Of a stretch of 64,000 bases of DNA, positions 13,430-27,835 are shown piece by piece. Position numbers and translations under genes: made by a program. This DNA is from the human T2T-CHM13v2.0 reference genome, Homo sapiens, in NCBI RefSeq assembly GCF_009914755.1, contig NC_060947.1; one strand, 5' to 3'. Positions within the stretch are counted from its first letter, which is position 1, and the number at the start of each line of letters is the position of its first letter. The notes below the pieces were generated by a model. The model did no database searches and was not told the DNA's origin. It saw nothing but the letters and a program-made list of their open reading frames with translations.

Positions 13430-14793
13430 GGTATATTTTTCCTCCTTCAATCTATTGATATTGTAATTTGAATTTATGCATGTCTTAATGTTAAAACCAC
13501 TGCTACATTCCTGAGATTAACCCAACATGTCATGATAGATTTTCCTTTTTATATCCTACTGGATTTACTTTCCTAGTATTTTGTTTAGGATTGTTACATT
13601 TATGTTCATAAAAGAAACTGGCCAGTAATTTTCCTTTCTCTTTTTGCCATTATCTTTTTTTCCCCTTAAAGTTATACTGATCTCATGGAATAAGTTGGTG
13701 GGGTACTCCTGCTTTTTCTATTCTCTGGAAAATCTGTATAAAGACTGAGATAATCTGTTTCATAAAAGATTAGTATAACTTTAACTACAGAATGCATTTC
13801 TTTAATCGTTATTCTTCTAAGAATTTGTCTATTTTATTTTAAGCAAAATTTAATGGCATAAAGTTGTTTGCAACATCCTCTTATCATATTTTCAATATCC
13901 AGAGCATATATAGTTATATCTTCTTTTTAATAGCTGATATTATTTGCGACATTTTTTCCTTGCCAGAGGTTTTTCAGTTTTATTATTCTTTTCAGAAAAC
14001 CAACTTTGACTTTAATGATCCTCTCCGCTGCATGTTTGTTTTCTATTTAATTAATTTCTCCTCCTAACTTTTTCTTCAACTTTTTAGGATTTGTTCTGTT
14101 TTTCTTTTTCTAACTTCTGAAGTTGAATATCTATATCATTAATTTTTAGTCTTCATTTTCTTATTATAAGAATTGAATAACATACATTTTTCCATGTATA
14201 AATCTCATTACATGCTACAAGTTTTGATATATAGTATTTTTGTTATCATTCAATTCTAAAATTTAATTTTTATTATAATATTATGTGTGTTTTCAATGTC
14301 TAAATGCATAGGGATTTTGAAAATTATCTTTTTGTTGTTGACGTCATATGGTTAGAAAACATGTTCTAGACGTATGGATTTCTTTAAATTCTGTTGTAAT
14401 TTGCTTTAGGGCCGAATACATGCTCAATTTTTATGTATGTTCCATGTCTGCTAGAGAAGAATATGTATTCTCTAACTGTTGGATATAGTGTTCTATAAAC
14501 ATTTACTATATCAAGCTTGTACTTAGGTTGTTCAAATATTCTATATCTTTGCTAATTTTTTATCTGCTTGAAGTATTCATAATTGAATGAGGTGTTTAAA
14601 AATCTTCCTCTAAGATAGCAGATTTGTTATTTTCTTCTTGCATTGCATTAAATTTTGCATTCCATTTCGATCGGTAAGTGATCTGCTTTCAGTGTAATTG
14701 TTGTTCTTCTCTATGTGATCTGTCCCTCTGCTGTTAAGATCTTTTTCTTGATGGTGTCCTAAAGTTTCACCACAATGTATCTATGCAAAGATT

Positions 14794-14835
<42 letters not shown>

Positions 14836-15450
14836 TTGTTTTGGTATGTGTTGTATTTCCTGAATTTGAGGATTCATATGTTTAATAAATTCTGAAATAT
14901 TCTTCATAATTATGTATACAAATAATACCTCTCCTCAATTCCCTCTATTATCTCCTTCTGGCGCTCTAATTCAATATGAGTTAAGTATTTGCATTCTGTG
15001 CTCCACATCTCTTATTTTTTTAATATTGCTACTCTTGTTTTTCTATCCCCATTGTAGATAATTCTAGATTTTTCTTCTAGTTCCCCAATTTGCTCTTTAT
15101 TTTTGTTTTTAACCATTCACTGCATTTCTTATTTTAATAAATGCGTTGTTCAATTCTAGAAGTTCCATTTAGTTATTTTGCAGATTTCCCTAGTAACTCA
15201 TATTTGTCTCTTTTTGTTTGATAGCTCATCTTTGGAATATATCCCTAGTTTTTTCAACACATCATACATAAATATTCTAAATAAAGCGTTTAGGGATATA
15301 AATCTGCTCATTATTGTTTTTGCTGATTCCTGTTTATGGTGACTTACTTCCTCAGTACTTGGTGATCTTTGATATTTGTGAATCAAAGATCTGCTTCATA
15401 ATCTGCTGTAAAACTGTATATCTAAATTGGGGATTTTAAAATAATATTCT
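13430..15450 (-). mobile_element. Highly diverged L1M fragments
   Basis: T-rich antisense L1-like phrases (gtattttgtttaggattgttacatttatgttcata; gttccatgtctgctagagaagaatatgtattct). Boundaries are approximate. Confidence 0.65.
14796..14832. repeat. (CT)n microsatellite, about 18 units
   Basis: Seen directly. Confidence 0.95.
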
Positions 15451-15644
15451 TGTCTGCTTGTACTGGAAGGGAAGAACACTATCGATCTGGGACCATTTGC
15501 TCTCTTTACGTGTCCTGATTTAATAAGGGGGTCTTAGATTCAGAGGCTCCTTCTTTGTGCCCCTCAACCTTGCTGCTATTCCAAGTCTTAACAATTGAAA
15601 GCAGAACTGCTATAGGCTTTTCCCCTCAGTGCAACTCCCATATT

Positions 15645-15761
15645 TCTGCACCTTGATCTTGAACTTCCCAGCCTCCAATACTGTGAGAAATAAATTGTTG
15701 CCTTTTGTAGATTACTCAGTCTGTGGTGTTCTGTTATAGTAGTGCAACACAGACTAAGACA
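15645..15761 (+). mobile_element. MaLR (MLT1) LTR 3' fragment
   Basis: accttgatcttgaacttcccagcctccaatactgtgagaaataaa...acagactaagaca. Confidence 0.8.
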
Positions 15762-16720
15762 TATTATTTTAGTAAATAAAAATGACTACTTTTCACTTTT
15801 AAAATATACAAATCCTATTAATCTCTCCTGTCAGATGATGATAACATTGATTATCCTTATATGTTTGACTTCCAGGGACTTATTTATTCTACTGATAAAT
15901 TCTAAACATGATATAAATCTTGTTGCTTAGTTATTAGAGTGGCATGGAGGGGAGACAGAGGATATCACTCCCATATACAAATTATCTATATCCTCGGTTT
16001 TAAAAGAAGCATTGACCAACATCCCTGCGGAAGTTTTGATTTGTAGAAATTTCATCCTTTAGGAATGCTAATTTTCAATTCACCTCATGTGTTATATGTG
16101 ATCAGTGATATGGTTAAATTTATTCTAAAACATACATTAAGGCAAAAGTCTATTGGAGAACAATGGCTTCTAACTGTTCATCTCATCATATCCAAAGTCA
16201 GTAGCAAAATATTTAAAAATCTACCTTACCTGCTTCATGTACTCAATACCTCATCTGGCATGCATCTCCTAACAAATATGTATTCCAATTTCTCCTCTAT
16301 TCTTTCATACTTAGTAATGTATGATGATTGAATGATGCTGAAGTGAGTGAAATAGAACTGAACACCAGCCATATATCATTGCCAATTTTTGAAATTGATT
16401 TAATCCCTTTCTTTTCACCAAAAGTAGAGTTTGAGCCAGGTATTCATCTTGAATATTTTGTTTACTATATTTAAATCAGATTTTTAGCACAATGGTTGTC
16501 AAACTTCTCTTTTTTAACAACAGCAACCTCATCTACCCCCCACACAAAACAAACATACAATGGAAAAAGAAACACACAAACACAAACACACACACACACG
16601 TAGAAGTGAAGCTCTTCTAATTAAAGCATGAGTGAAAGACTGCTCAGTCTATTCCTTATCCTCTGCACCTCCTCAGAAACCTGGCACTTTGAGAAGCAGT
16701 TTGAAATTTAGTATCATGGG

Positions 16721-17034
<314 letters not shown>

Positions 17035-17139
17035 AGAAATTCAGTATCATTGTTAACTAGGTTGTGAAGTCCTTTAGGTCAGGGCTTTCCTATATTTGGT
17101 GTAAGCACTCAAGAAATATTTATTAAATGTTGATGTTAT

Positions 17140-18460
17140 GCCTGGACTCCATTATCAGATCTCTGTTCTTTTCATGCTACATTTTCTCCTTGAGTAAACC
17201 CATCCATTCCTATAGTTAGTTTCAACTATCATCAATATGCCCATCATTCCCATATCTATATCTGGGCCAAACCTCTACCAAGAACTAGTATTTCCAATTG
17301 CCTTATAATTAATTCCTCTTGCATGGACCAAGGGAGAGCAGGCTTCTCAAACTTACATCCAAAGCTGATGTCAAGTCTAACTCCTCCTAAATTTCTCCAT
17401 CTTCCACTGTCATTGATATCACTAAGCAGGAAACCTAAGATAGACATTTCTTAATAATTCTTCTTTCCCTTACCCTATGTGCACTAAATTATGAAATCCT
17501 GCCAATTTTACCTCCTATTTATCTCTTTTTTTGTGGAGACAGGGTCTTGCTGTGTTGCCCAGGCTGGAGCACAGAGGGGTGATCTTGGATCACTGCAGCC
17601 TTGACGTCCTGGGCTCAAGTGATCTTCCCACCTCAGACTCTTGAGTAGCTAGTACTACAGGCACATGCCACAATGCCTGGCTAATTTTATTTTAACTTTT
17701 TGTAGAGAAGAGGTCTCACTATGTTGCCTAGGCTGGTGTCAAACTCCTGGACCCACACCATCTTCCCAACTTGGACTCCCAAAGTGCTGGGATTATAGGT
17801 GTGAGCCAGCGCACCAAGCCCATGAATCTGTTTTTTCCACTCCATTTCTACAATCCTCGCCCTTCCTCCTGACCTTATCTTAACCCTTTACTTACCAGAC
17901 TTCTTAGGAAAATTGTCACCCAACATTTCTACTAACCTTCCGGTATCCACCATTATACTAGAATCTTCTAGTAGATCACTATCACTTACATGATACATTT
18001 CAGGTTTTTTATGTTATCTGTTATCCAAGGTCCTCCTTGATCTGGTACCTGCCTATTCTAGGCTTGTTTTTCATCAGTTTCTACCTGGCACTTCATGCCT
18101 CTCTAACAATGAACTACTTGGAGTTTTCCACACACACCATGCTGGTTCTTGCCCTGTTTACTTTTTACTTTTTAATTTTTGTGGGTACATAGTAGGTGTA
18201 TCTTGTCCTGGCTTTATCCTCAATGCCGCAACCTATGCCTGAAATAGTCTTTCTTTCCATCCTCACCCCTTTTCCTGGATAACTCCAATCTATCCTTTAG
18301 GATATCCCACTAATGCTGCTTTTGGTGCTTCACTGCTCTGTGCTTTTATAATATACTTTGTATATTTCAATTAGACTGCCATGCAATAAATGTGAAGGCA
18401 TTTTTTTGTGTGTGTCTGTCTTCCTTGCTAGAATTTTAACTACTTGAGGGCAAGAACTAA
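17140..18460 (+). mobile_element. L2 fragments, interrupted by an AluJ
   Basis: Pyrimidine-rich L2-like text (catccattcctatag..ttcaactatcatcaatatgc..cccatatctatatct). Boundaries are approximate. Confidence 0.6.
17526..17820 (-). mobile_element. AluJ
   Basis: Antisense Alu with J-type gacagggtcttgc and cctgggctcaagtgatc. Confidence 0.9.
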
Positions 18461-19578
18461 TATGGGTGATGGTGATATAATGATTGTGGAAGGAAGGAAG
18501 AAAGAAAGGAAGAAAGGGAGGCAAGAAGTTAGAAGTTCTGTAATTCTTTAAGCAATGGCAATCTAAATTTGCCTTCTAGAACATAAGGACAGGTTGTATT
18601 AACAGCCAACTGCCACAGTTTTATGGCGTCTGTGATTTTACTACCAGAAATCTCAACTCTGGGAGCGAATTATATGTAATAGAACGGCTTTGTTATGACT
18701 GCTAATGACTTTTATATGGTTGCTAAAAGCAACTTTTATAACCAGAAACTGTCAAGTCTAAAATCAAATGTTTGTTGCCTCTCCCTTGAGAGATTAATGC
18801 TAAATTGCTTTCCTTCTTCAGAGGATATTAAGGCCTTCATAACCTGGAAGTTCCAACTGAGGAACTGAGGAACTCTTTACCACCAAAAGGTTGGGACTCT
18901 TGATTCAGGGGATAATTTTTAAAATTTACAGTAATGTTGGAGAAAATGTAGAGGAAGACAAAAAAGAAAATTTGATTTTAAATGGAAAGGTAATTAGGGG
19001 TAATAGTAAGCTTCTTTAAAATCTATAGACATGAACCTGAATATAATCTAAGAAATATTTTTTGAGCATCTGCTGTCTCAGGCAACAGAAAGAATACACA
19101 GATAAATAAAATAGCCCCTGCTCTCAAAGAGCTCATAATCTACCAGGCAATCTTTGCAGAAACTTGGTCAGACTTCTACACCAGTGGTTTCCAAATTATG
19201 TACTACAGGACCTAGAGTTAGTATCTGATAGAGATGGGCATTTAAGGTTAAGCATTTTACAATATTGTAAGATTGATTTGAAAAAGTGTTTCCCACCAAA
19301 CAATGAAGATGAAATGAGCTAAGGAATCTACTTACCAATTTTCCTGCTGTATGATTTACGGAATTCAAATGGATTCTGCTGCTGATGGTGGTGGTGATCG
19401 CGTTAGTACCAGTTAGTATTTACTGATTGCTTATGTGCCAAGCATTCTGAAAAGTCTGCCAAATTCCTTAGAGACTTTACATACAATGTCTTACTTAACC
19501 CTCAAACCCCCCTGAGACAGGTACTATTGTGATTGCTATTTTACAAACAGGAAAACCAAGGCTCAGAGAAGCTAAGTA

Positions 19579-19931
19579 GGCCGGGTGGGGTGGCTCATGC
19601 CTGTAATCATGGCACTTGGGAAGGCTGAAGTGGGAGGATTGCTTGAGTCCAGGAGTTCAAGACCAGCCTTGGCAATATATTGAGAATTCATCTCTATAAA
19701 AAATTTAAAAATTAGCCAAGTGTGGTGGCACATGGCCTATAGTCCCGGCTACTCGGGAGGGAGGCTGAGGTGGGTGGATTGCTTGGGCCTGGGAGGCAGA
19801 GGTTGCTGTTTGCAATGAGTGGAGACAAGGCCACTGCACTTCAGCCTGGGTGACAAAGCAAGACCTTGTTTCAGAAAAGAAAGAGAGAAAGAAAGAAAGA
19901 AAGAAAGAAAGAACGAAAGAAAGAAAGAAAG
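19579..19931 (+). mobile_element. AluJ with a (GAAA)n tail (19876-19931), inserted in a MIR (~19410-19578)
   Basis: Alu dimer, tetranucleotide tail and TSD aagctaagtag. Confidence 0.92.
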
Positions 19932-20185
19932 CAAGCTAAGTAGCTTTTACCAGTCCACACAATTTTTTTTCTGTTACTATTCTTTTAAGCTTATGGATCA
20001 CTTATTAAAACGACAAAAAATCTGCAGCCATTTGCACTTACTACAGAGATGTGAATTTTATTTTTCAATACTGTGTAGAAAAAAAATGCAGGATCAAGTT
20101 GAATTATACACCAACAAAAGACTACGACTGTCAATCTTAGTACCTAGTTTCATTTTTTTGTACTGAAAATAATATATAAATATCA

Positions 20186-20648
<463 letters not shown>

Positions 20649-20939
20649 TCAGAAGTGAAAAGAGATGCAGCCTAAGTGAAATGTTCAGTATCTTTGACCT
20701 CCATAGCTGATAACTTTGTGGTTGTAATGCCTAACTTTTAAGCAGGTTGTATTTGTAGAAGACAATTACCTTGGATAGAAGTAACTTAGCCTGAGTATGT
20801 GAGGAGATGAATCTAGCAAACTGTTCACCCTAAGCTGTAGCCAATAGAGGTTCCCAGAGACCTTTCATAAAGGCCACAAAGATAGGAAGTTATTTATTAT
20901 TTCGAATAATAATTATCATAATGAAACTGTGATGTTGGG

Positions 20940-21180
20940 AACAATTAGTAGCAACAATCAAGTGACTACTATGCTAAGTGATTTAAAACTGTTATCTCAC
21001 TTTTTCCTCTAAACAATCCTGAGAGGTGAGTACTATTATTTTACCAGTACAAAAATTCAGGCTTGGATAAGTTCGAACAGGTAAAGTCACTTGTGCAAAG
21101 TCTCACTGCTAGGAAGTGGAAAAGCTGGAATAGAACCCAGGTCAGTCTAACATTACCTGCTGTGCTCCTAACAACTATGG
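20940..21180 (-). mobile_element. MIR
   Basis: aacaatcctgagaggtgagtactattatt...aaagtcacttgtgcaaagtctcactgctaggaagtgg..agaacccaggtcagtct. Confidence 0.7.
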
Positions 21181-24100
21181 CCAAGAGCAACCACCCTACA
21201 AGTCAGCTATGTAAAAGCTCCATTATGCTACCCTTTTAAATTTAAGCCCCTCAAAAGTAATAAGAAAGAATGGGAAGGCATCAGGCAGAGAATGGGTTGG
21301 ATGACGAATGTCTTGCTGAAAGCTATGCCCCTCTGTAGGACAAAAGTGGTATTAGATGATCAAGGGTTGGGGATGGTCTTCATTTTTTCATTGAATGACT
21401 GAGTAGTGAAATCTTCTCCAACAATGTCTTCCCTAAGCTGGGCAGGATCAACCCTTCTGTTTCTCTCAAGCAGCTCATTCCAGGCTTGTCTCTTGAAGTC
21501 TTCCCCGGAATCCTCCTCCTATCATCCAGGAAAGAGATCCCCGGGAAGGTGAGAAATTAAAATTAAAGAATTTTTCAGGTGGCTATTAAGCAGCAGGTCT
21601 GAGGGTGTTTGGAAAGTGATCAGTATGTTTCCTGAACGTTCTTATCTCCAGAGTAGTGCCAAAAGTCCTGGAGTCAGTGAAATTCTCTCCAAACATGGTC
21701 TAGGAGGCCTAACAATGAAGAAGCCAGAGGAAAACATGATTGCATGGCCACTAAGTCAAGGACCCTTTTATCACTCCTTAGCCTCCATGATTTTGCACCA
21801 CTCTGTTTTCTTGAATTACCTGATTAATCACTTTCACATTTATTGAACACCTACTCTGAGTAGAAGTAGTTTAGTGGGTGCATAGGTAAGGGCATGTTAA
21901 AATAATTCAGGCACTCAAGAGTTTTTTTCATATAGATAAGAAGGCAGACATATAAAACAGATAGATAATATCCTAGATGACATGGTAAAGGATGGCCTTT
22001 ACCATGTTTTCCAGGTTAGATTGATGTACACTTTTCTAAATTAAATAAGCACATATTAATAACATTTGCTGTTTGGCAATAGTGGTTTCTGGATAAAACA
22101 TGACATAATTGAGAAATCTCAAACTTTAAGCCCGTCTCTAGTCAATTTCTTTGCAAGTAGGATTGGGTATATCAGTTTAAAAATAATTTACCCCCCTTTC
22201 CCACCAATGTTATGGCCGTAAGAACATCATTAATATCATCAATCAATTAATATTTCTTTGACAACTGATTATCAACATTTTAGAGTACCCAAAGACTTGC
22301 TTTATCCCTTCCCCAGCAAGACTCCAGCCATTCATGACACTTAGGTACCCCATACTTCCATTTTCTCGAGTGACATTTTCACCAAGAACTCAATTTCCAT
22401 CTTAAATGAGTGACAAATGAGTTATATTTTTCAAAGCAAGCTTAAACAGAGAATGTTTACTTCTTAACAAACCCTGCACCAGCCTACCTAGGATAACAAT
22501 CATTTCCCAAGCTTTTAATAACTGTTATCTGTCTAGACATCAACTCATAGGAAGAAGGCAGAAATGCCTGTCAAAGGGTAAAACAATCAACATCTCAAAG
22601 ATGAAGAATTTGGGCACAGCAAAGGTAAATGAAAAATGAATAAATTGCATTTCAATATGGTAATTAATGCATAAAAAAGATAGGATCAGAGGTAGGCCAA
22701 GGCAGGCACTAGTTAATGTCTTCTTTTAAAAATCTTGCCAGTAAATCATAATTACATACAGAAATCATGTCTTTTGTAAGAGCTACTTTCACTTGGCAAG
22801 TGGACAATACCTTAAAAATATAAGGAAAAGACAGATAAGATTGATGATTATGATAGTAAGTTTACCCTTTAATTTCTTCTAGATGCCAGTTTATAGAAAG
22901 AGGTATGCAATTTTGTCTTGTCTGTGATAGGGAAGGAGGGAGTCTGAAATAAGATGATTTTCAAGGTGTGTGGGGCCTGTGTACATATACACTAGTATGT
23001 GGGAAATTGGCTAGAACCATGTGAGGTGAACAGGACAGACACTGTTATCTCCACTTTACAAATGAAGCAACTCAAGAAGAGTTGAAGTGAATTCCCTAAG
23101 GCCACAGTGGCAGGGCCAGAAGTTCCCCCCTAGTTGGTATCCAGTGAGTTTCCATTACTTTTGTCCCCTTAAAACAGAGGGTTAGATGAGGGTACTAGGT
23201 CATTTATTAATTTAATGTATTGAGGATATTATATTATATGGCAGGAAAAACAGAGAGTGAGATATACTTCAACTGCTTAGAACTGTAATTATCTGAGACT
23301 TGTAAATCCCGGGTGCTTGTGCATGCCAAAGTTGATGCTTAGAACATTAAGCTTTATTGCAAAACCTGGAGGCATTTCAAGTGCATCTCTTTAGTTTCAT
23401 ATTTTTTTCCTCTGGTGCTGTTTGAAGGGAGGGGTTGCTCGGTGTTGAGGATAGGGGTGGGATCAGAGGGAAGAAGAAAGAAAGGTTTATGGAAACTATG
23501 CAAGGGAGGCCATGGGGTGCCTGTTTTGCTGGAGGCTGCATTTCACAGACTAAAATAGGGATTTTCACAAAAGCACACCTAGATCTTACTGAAGAGAAGC
23601 ACGAGATAAGCCTTATCAGAGAAAAAGAAAAGACACACAGGAATAACATTGTGTTTGTTTTAATAGAAAAGCATGAAATGTGTTCTGGGACCCATCCAAA
23701 ATGCCTGCTCAATAAAAGGAGTAAAAGATAGTGTCATAAGATTTATAGGCTTATCTAGCTTTCCAAAAACAAGTATTATATGTAAATACTGGTTTATTCC
23801 TATTCTTTGTAATTACATTACTTAGAGAATATGGCACAACATAGGACAAACCAAAATTTATATTCTCTCAGAAATATTAGATACATCAGTATAGTTCACT
23901 GGCTGGAGTTCCTATATCCCTCTCACTGGAAATTTGAACATATAGTCTCTCACGCTTAACAAGTCTAAACTTATTGTGCAAAGACGCATTCTACTAAATC
24001 CAAGACTGCCATGAATTCATAAAGAAGGAAGAAGCATAGGTGAGAGGTAAGGATGCATCGCTGTCATCACATGCCATTTCAGGGGCCATTTTCTGTTTGT

Positions 24101-24981
24101 AGGAGATCTGTAAAGCTAGCACTCCACTCTACTGATGTTCCCACCAATTTGACAAAATAACTGAATGTCTTTGTCTCTTCTGTTGCCTTCCGGTACCCAA
24201 CCACCTCAGGCACCAACTTCACTGAATTAAAAGGGAGCCTAGTTAACATGGGAAAGGTAGGATTCTGACAGCCAGTGTATAATGAACCAAGCAGGTACAC
24301 ACCTGCCAGCTGAACAACCACTGCATAACAAAGGCATTTCCCTGACCCAGGTGAAAACACATTTAATTTCATATTCCAGCTAATTCAACAAAATTTTGGC
24401 ACAAATAAAAAAATCAACACAGCCTGGAGTCCCATGTAATTGATTTGGGGTATGCATGCCAAAGAATCAAAGGTGAGGAAGTGAGTTTCTTTCAAAAGGT
24501 CTTGTTAGTCATTGCTCTACAGTCTATATCATTTGACTCATTTGCTCTTGTTTGAAGAAAGCTGAAGGTAATACCTTGCTGTGGAATTTGGAAGAGTAGG
24601 TTATAGACCCTTAATGTTTAGTATTCTTAAAGGCACACAGCAGGATTGCTACACTAGTTAAAGTAATATGAAGTAAAAAGGCTTTATTTGGTGCTAGAGA
24701 GTTAGCATCACAGTCCCACACAAAATTAGGGTACAAAAGTGTGAATCTCCAAATGAGATTACTGATGCCAAAATTCAGGTGTAAGAAGATGATAGATTTA
24801 ATCTTAACATATTTTAAAAGAATGAAAAGAATCTGTTGGATAGAATTTAGCCAATGGATTGTCTGGCTTACAGAGTTAATCATAACACTGGCGTCTAGTG
24901 TCATTCCAGTCCATGTGAGCTGATTCAGCATGTTCTTTAGGATCCAAAAGGAAAAGATAACCTGACAGGTCATCAGAAGCA

Positions 24982-25212
<231 letters not shown>

Positions 25213-26042
25213 AGTATTCAGTCAGTTTCCACTGCTTTGATGGAAACAGGATGTGCTGGCCTTACCTGGCTTCTAGACAGTCCAGTTAGAACTGGTTTCC
25301 CAGCCTTGGTCCATGGTACTCTGGAGAGTCACAAAGACTGAAGGCAATGTAGGAGTTAAACATCTATTACTACTGGTTTTCAGACACAGTGTGGATAATA
25401 TCTGGTGGTTCTCATCGGTGCAGAGCTTTTCAGAACCATAACATCCTCAAGAGACACTAATTAAAGGTTTCATTCTCTCCTCATGTCATTTGTTACAAAA
25501 TGCAGGTTGAGGGTTAAGTCTATGGCCACTGCACAGAGCAAAGCGAAATTCATAGAGACATGGAAAATGCAGTGTATGATGATTTTTAATGGAACTCTCT
25601 AATCAAACCTCTGAGTTATGCTCAGTAGTCAGTGACTAATAGGTTGAAGAGGAAAAGATTATATTCAATCTGCCTGTTAACTAAAAGACTTTAATCAATT
25701 TCAGAGGAAAATGCTCTGAGGCAGAAAGAAACATAATAGGGCAGTGATCTAATCTCTCAGAAAGCTTGATGCCATTTTGTACTTTCTGTCTCCAGTTAGG
25801 AAGATGCGAATGCTGAGACCATTCCTAAGTGTATTCTACATAAGTGTTGAGGAAGAAGAGGGTCATTTTGCTCAATGGACCACACATGTCCTTGGCTATG
25901 AACTGTTGAAACCTAAATCTCCCAATATGGTTGTATTTCACCATACCAAAACATCTGGAGAGCCTTGTTGAGAGGTTATGGCAAGTCTGTGGGTTCAAAA
26001 TCCTGCTCTTCTCTCCAAGAAAATAAATAAAATCCTACCCCT

Positions 26043-26362
26043 GGCTGGACACAGTGGCTCATGCCTGTAATCTCAGCACTTTGGGAGGTCAAGGTGGGAG
26101 GATTGCTTGAGTCCAGGAGTTTAAGACCAGCCCTGGCAACATAGCGAGACCCTGCCTCTCTCTCAAAAAAAAAAAAAAAAAAGAAGAAGAAGCTGAGCAT
26201 GGGGGTGCACACCTGTAGACCTAGCCACTCAGGAGGCTGAGGTGGAAGGATCACTTGAGCCTGGGAAGTTGAGGCTGCAGTGAACCATGGTTGTGCCACT
26301 GCACTCCAGCCTGGGCAACAGAGTGAGATCCTGTCTCAAAAACAAAAAGAATAAAAGAAAAA
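26043..26362 (+). mobile_element. AluJ with an expanded middle A tract
   Basis: Alu dimer with TSD aatcc(t/a)acccct. Confidence 0.92.
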
Positions 26363-27679
26363 ATAATCCAACCCCTAGCCTACAGCAGCACTGGTGAAAA
26401 CAAAACATGTCTTTGAACCATATTAGGATCATGGATCACCAGTTTGTAACAGCTAGTCTACACTATAGTTATTAGAGGATTTCAGATAAATGTAAGATTA
26501 ATGGAGGCCAGAGCAGTCATAGTACAATTTGTGGAGGTAGTGCAATTTGAAGGTACCTTGGCAGAAAAGTAGGATTTCTCTTCTCTCCAACTAATTCCTT
26601 TAATGTAAACATACTTTTAAAAGGTCTACAAATATCATCCTCTCCATACCCACCATTCTCTATTAGCAAATATCTACACATAGCTGAATTAATTTGGAAT
26701 CAGGAAAGCATATCTCTTTCCTACCTACAGGATTTATGAAAGAATGAGGGAGATCAGTAAGCCATTGTTTCATGTGGCAACTCAAATTTCACTTCCTCCG
26801 AAAAAACTTTCCTGTTTACCCTGGTCCCAAATGGGCTCTCCCTTCAATCACCCCAACTGACTACTGTAAAATGTAATGCCTATATTATTTATTTGGTTCA
26901 CACAGGAAGCTTGTATTAGAGGAAGAGGAATGTACTAGGTCACAGGATGGGCAAGAAGAACAGGAAATGCAGAATTATGGGAAGACCAACTGATTCAACT
27001 TGTGGCTTTGTAAATGGTTATTTTATCTGTTAGCAAGTTAATAACTTAATATCATTAAGCCTCAGTCACTTCCATCTACAAAATGGGTATATAATCCCTA
27101 CCTATCTGATATAACTGGTAAGTAGTTCAATTCAGATAATATATATAAATACTCTAAACACAAGTTTAAAGGAAATATCCTTATCATTCATCATTCCAGC
27201 CTGTGAGAATGAGTTTCTTAAAGTTCACTCTGGAAGAATGATCAACCTTTCAATTTACTAGTTGCAAAAAGCAACTCTTACTATGAATTATTCATTGCTG
27301 CTAGTAGCCTTAAATGATGAGAATTTATAAATAACACATTTTGAGCTGCATACTGAAGATAAGGTTTATGCAAAGGAGATCTGACTATATTGTTCAGGCT
27401 TCACCTGGCAAACAACAACACTGAAGACCAAAGAGGGTAACCAAATAAGCACAGGAAAAATAAAGTAGCTGGTGACGCTGAATGAAAGGGAAGTGGTTAC
27501 CTCCAGGAGGATTTAAGCCAAAATATCTGCCATAGGACTTGAGTCCACAGACTTGTAGTCTCCACTGTGACTTAAGTAAATGTTTGGCATGGGTATCTTC
27601 CTAGCAACCATTTGTATATTCTTTCCCATTCATCCTCGCTGCTTCTTCTTACTCCCACTGACAAAGCAGTGAAGGTTTA

Positions 27680-27835
27680 TTGTTAAAAACAGGAGATTTG
27701 GGCTTAGTCAGACATTGGTTTAAATCCCAGTTCTGCCACTTGCTAGCCTTTGACCCTCCACAAACTATTTAACTTTTGAGTCTCAGGTTTCTCATTTGCA
27801 AAATGGAATAATAATATTATTTATAGCATAAAGTC
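27680..27835 (+). mobile_element. MIR
   Basis: ggtttaaatcccagttctgccacttgctagc...tctcaggtttctcatttgcaaaatggaataataat. Confidence 0.75.

Noticed and set aside
14339-14346. Second full CRE (TGACGTCA)
   Set aside because: Isolated and embedded in degenerate L1M sequence with no supporting motifs.
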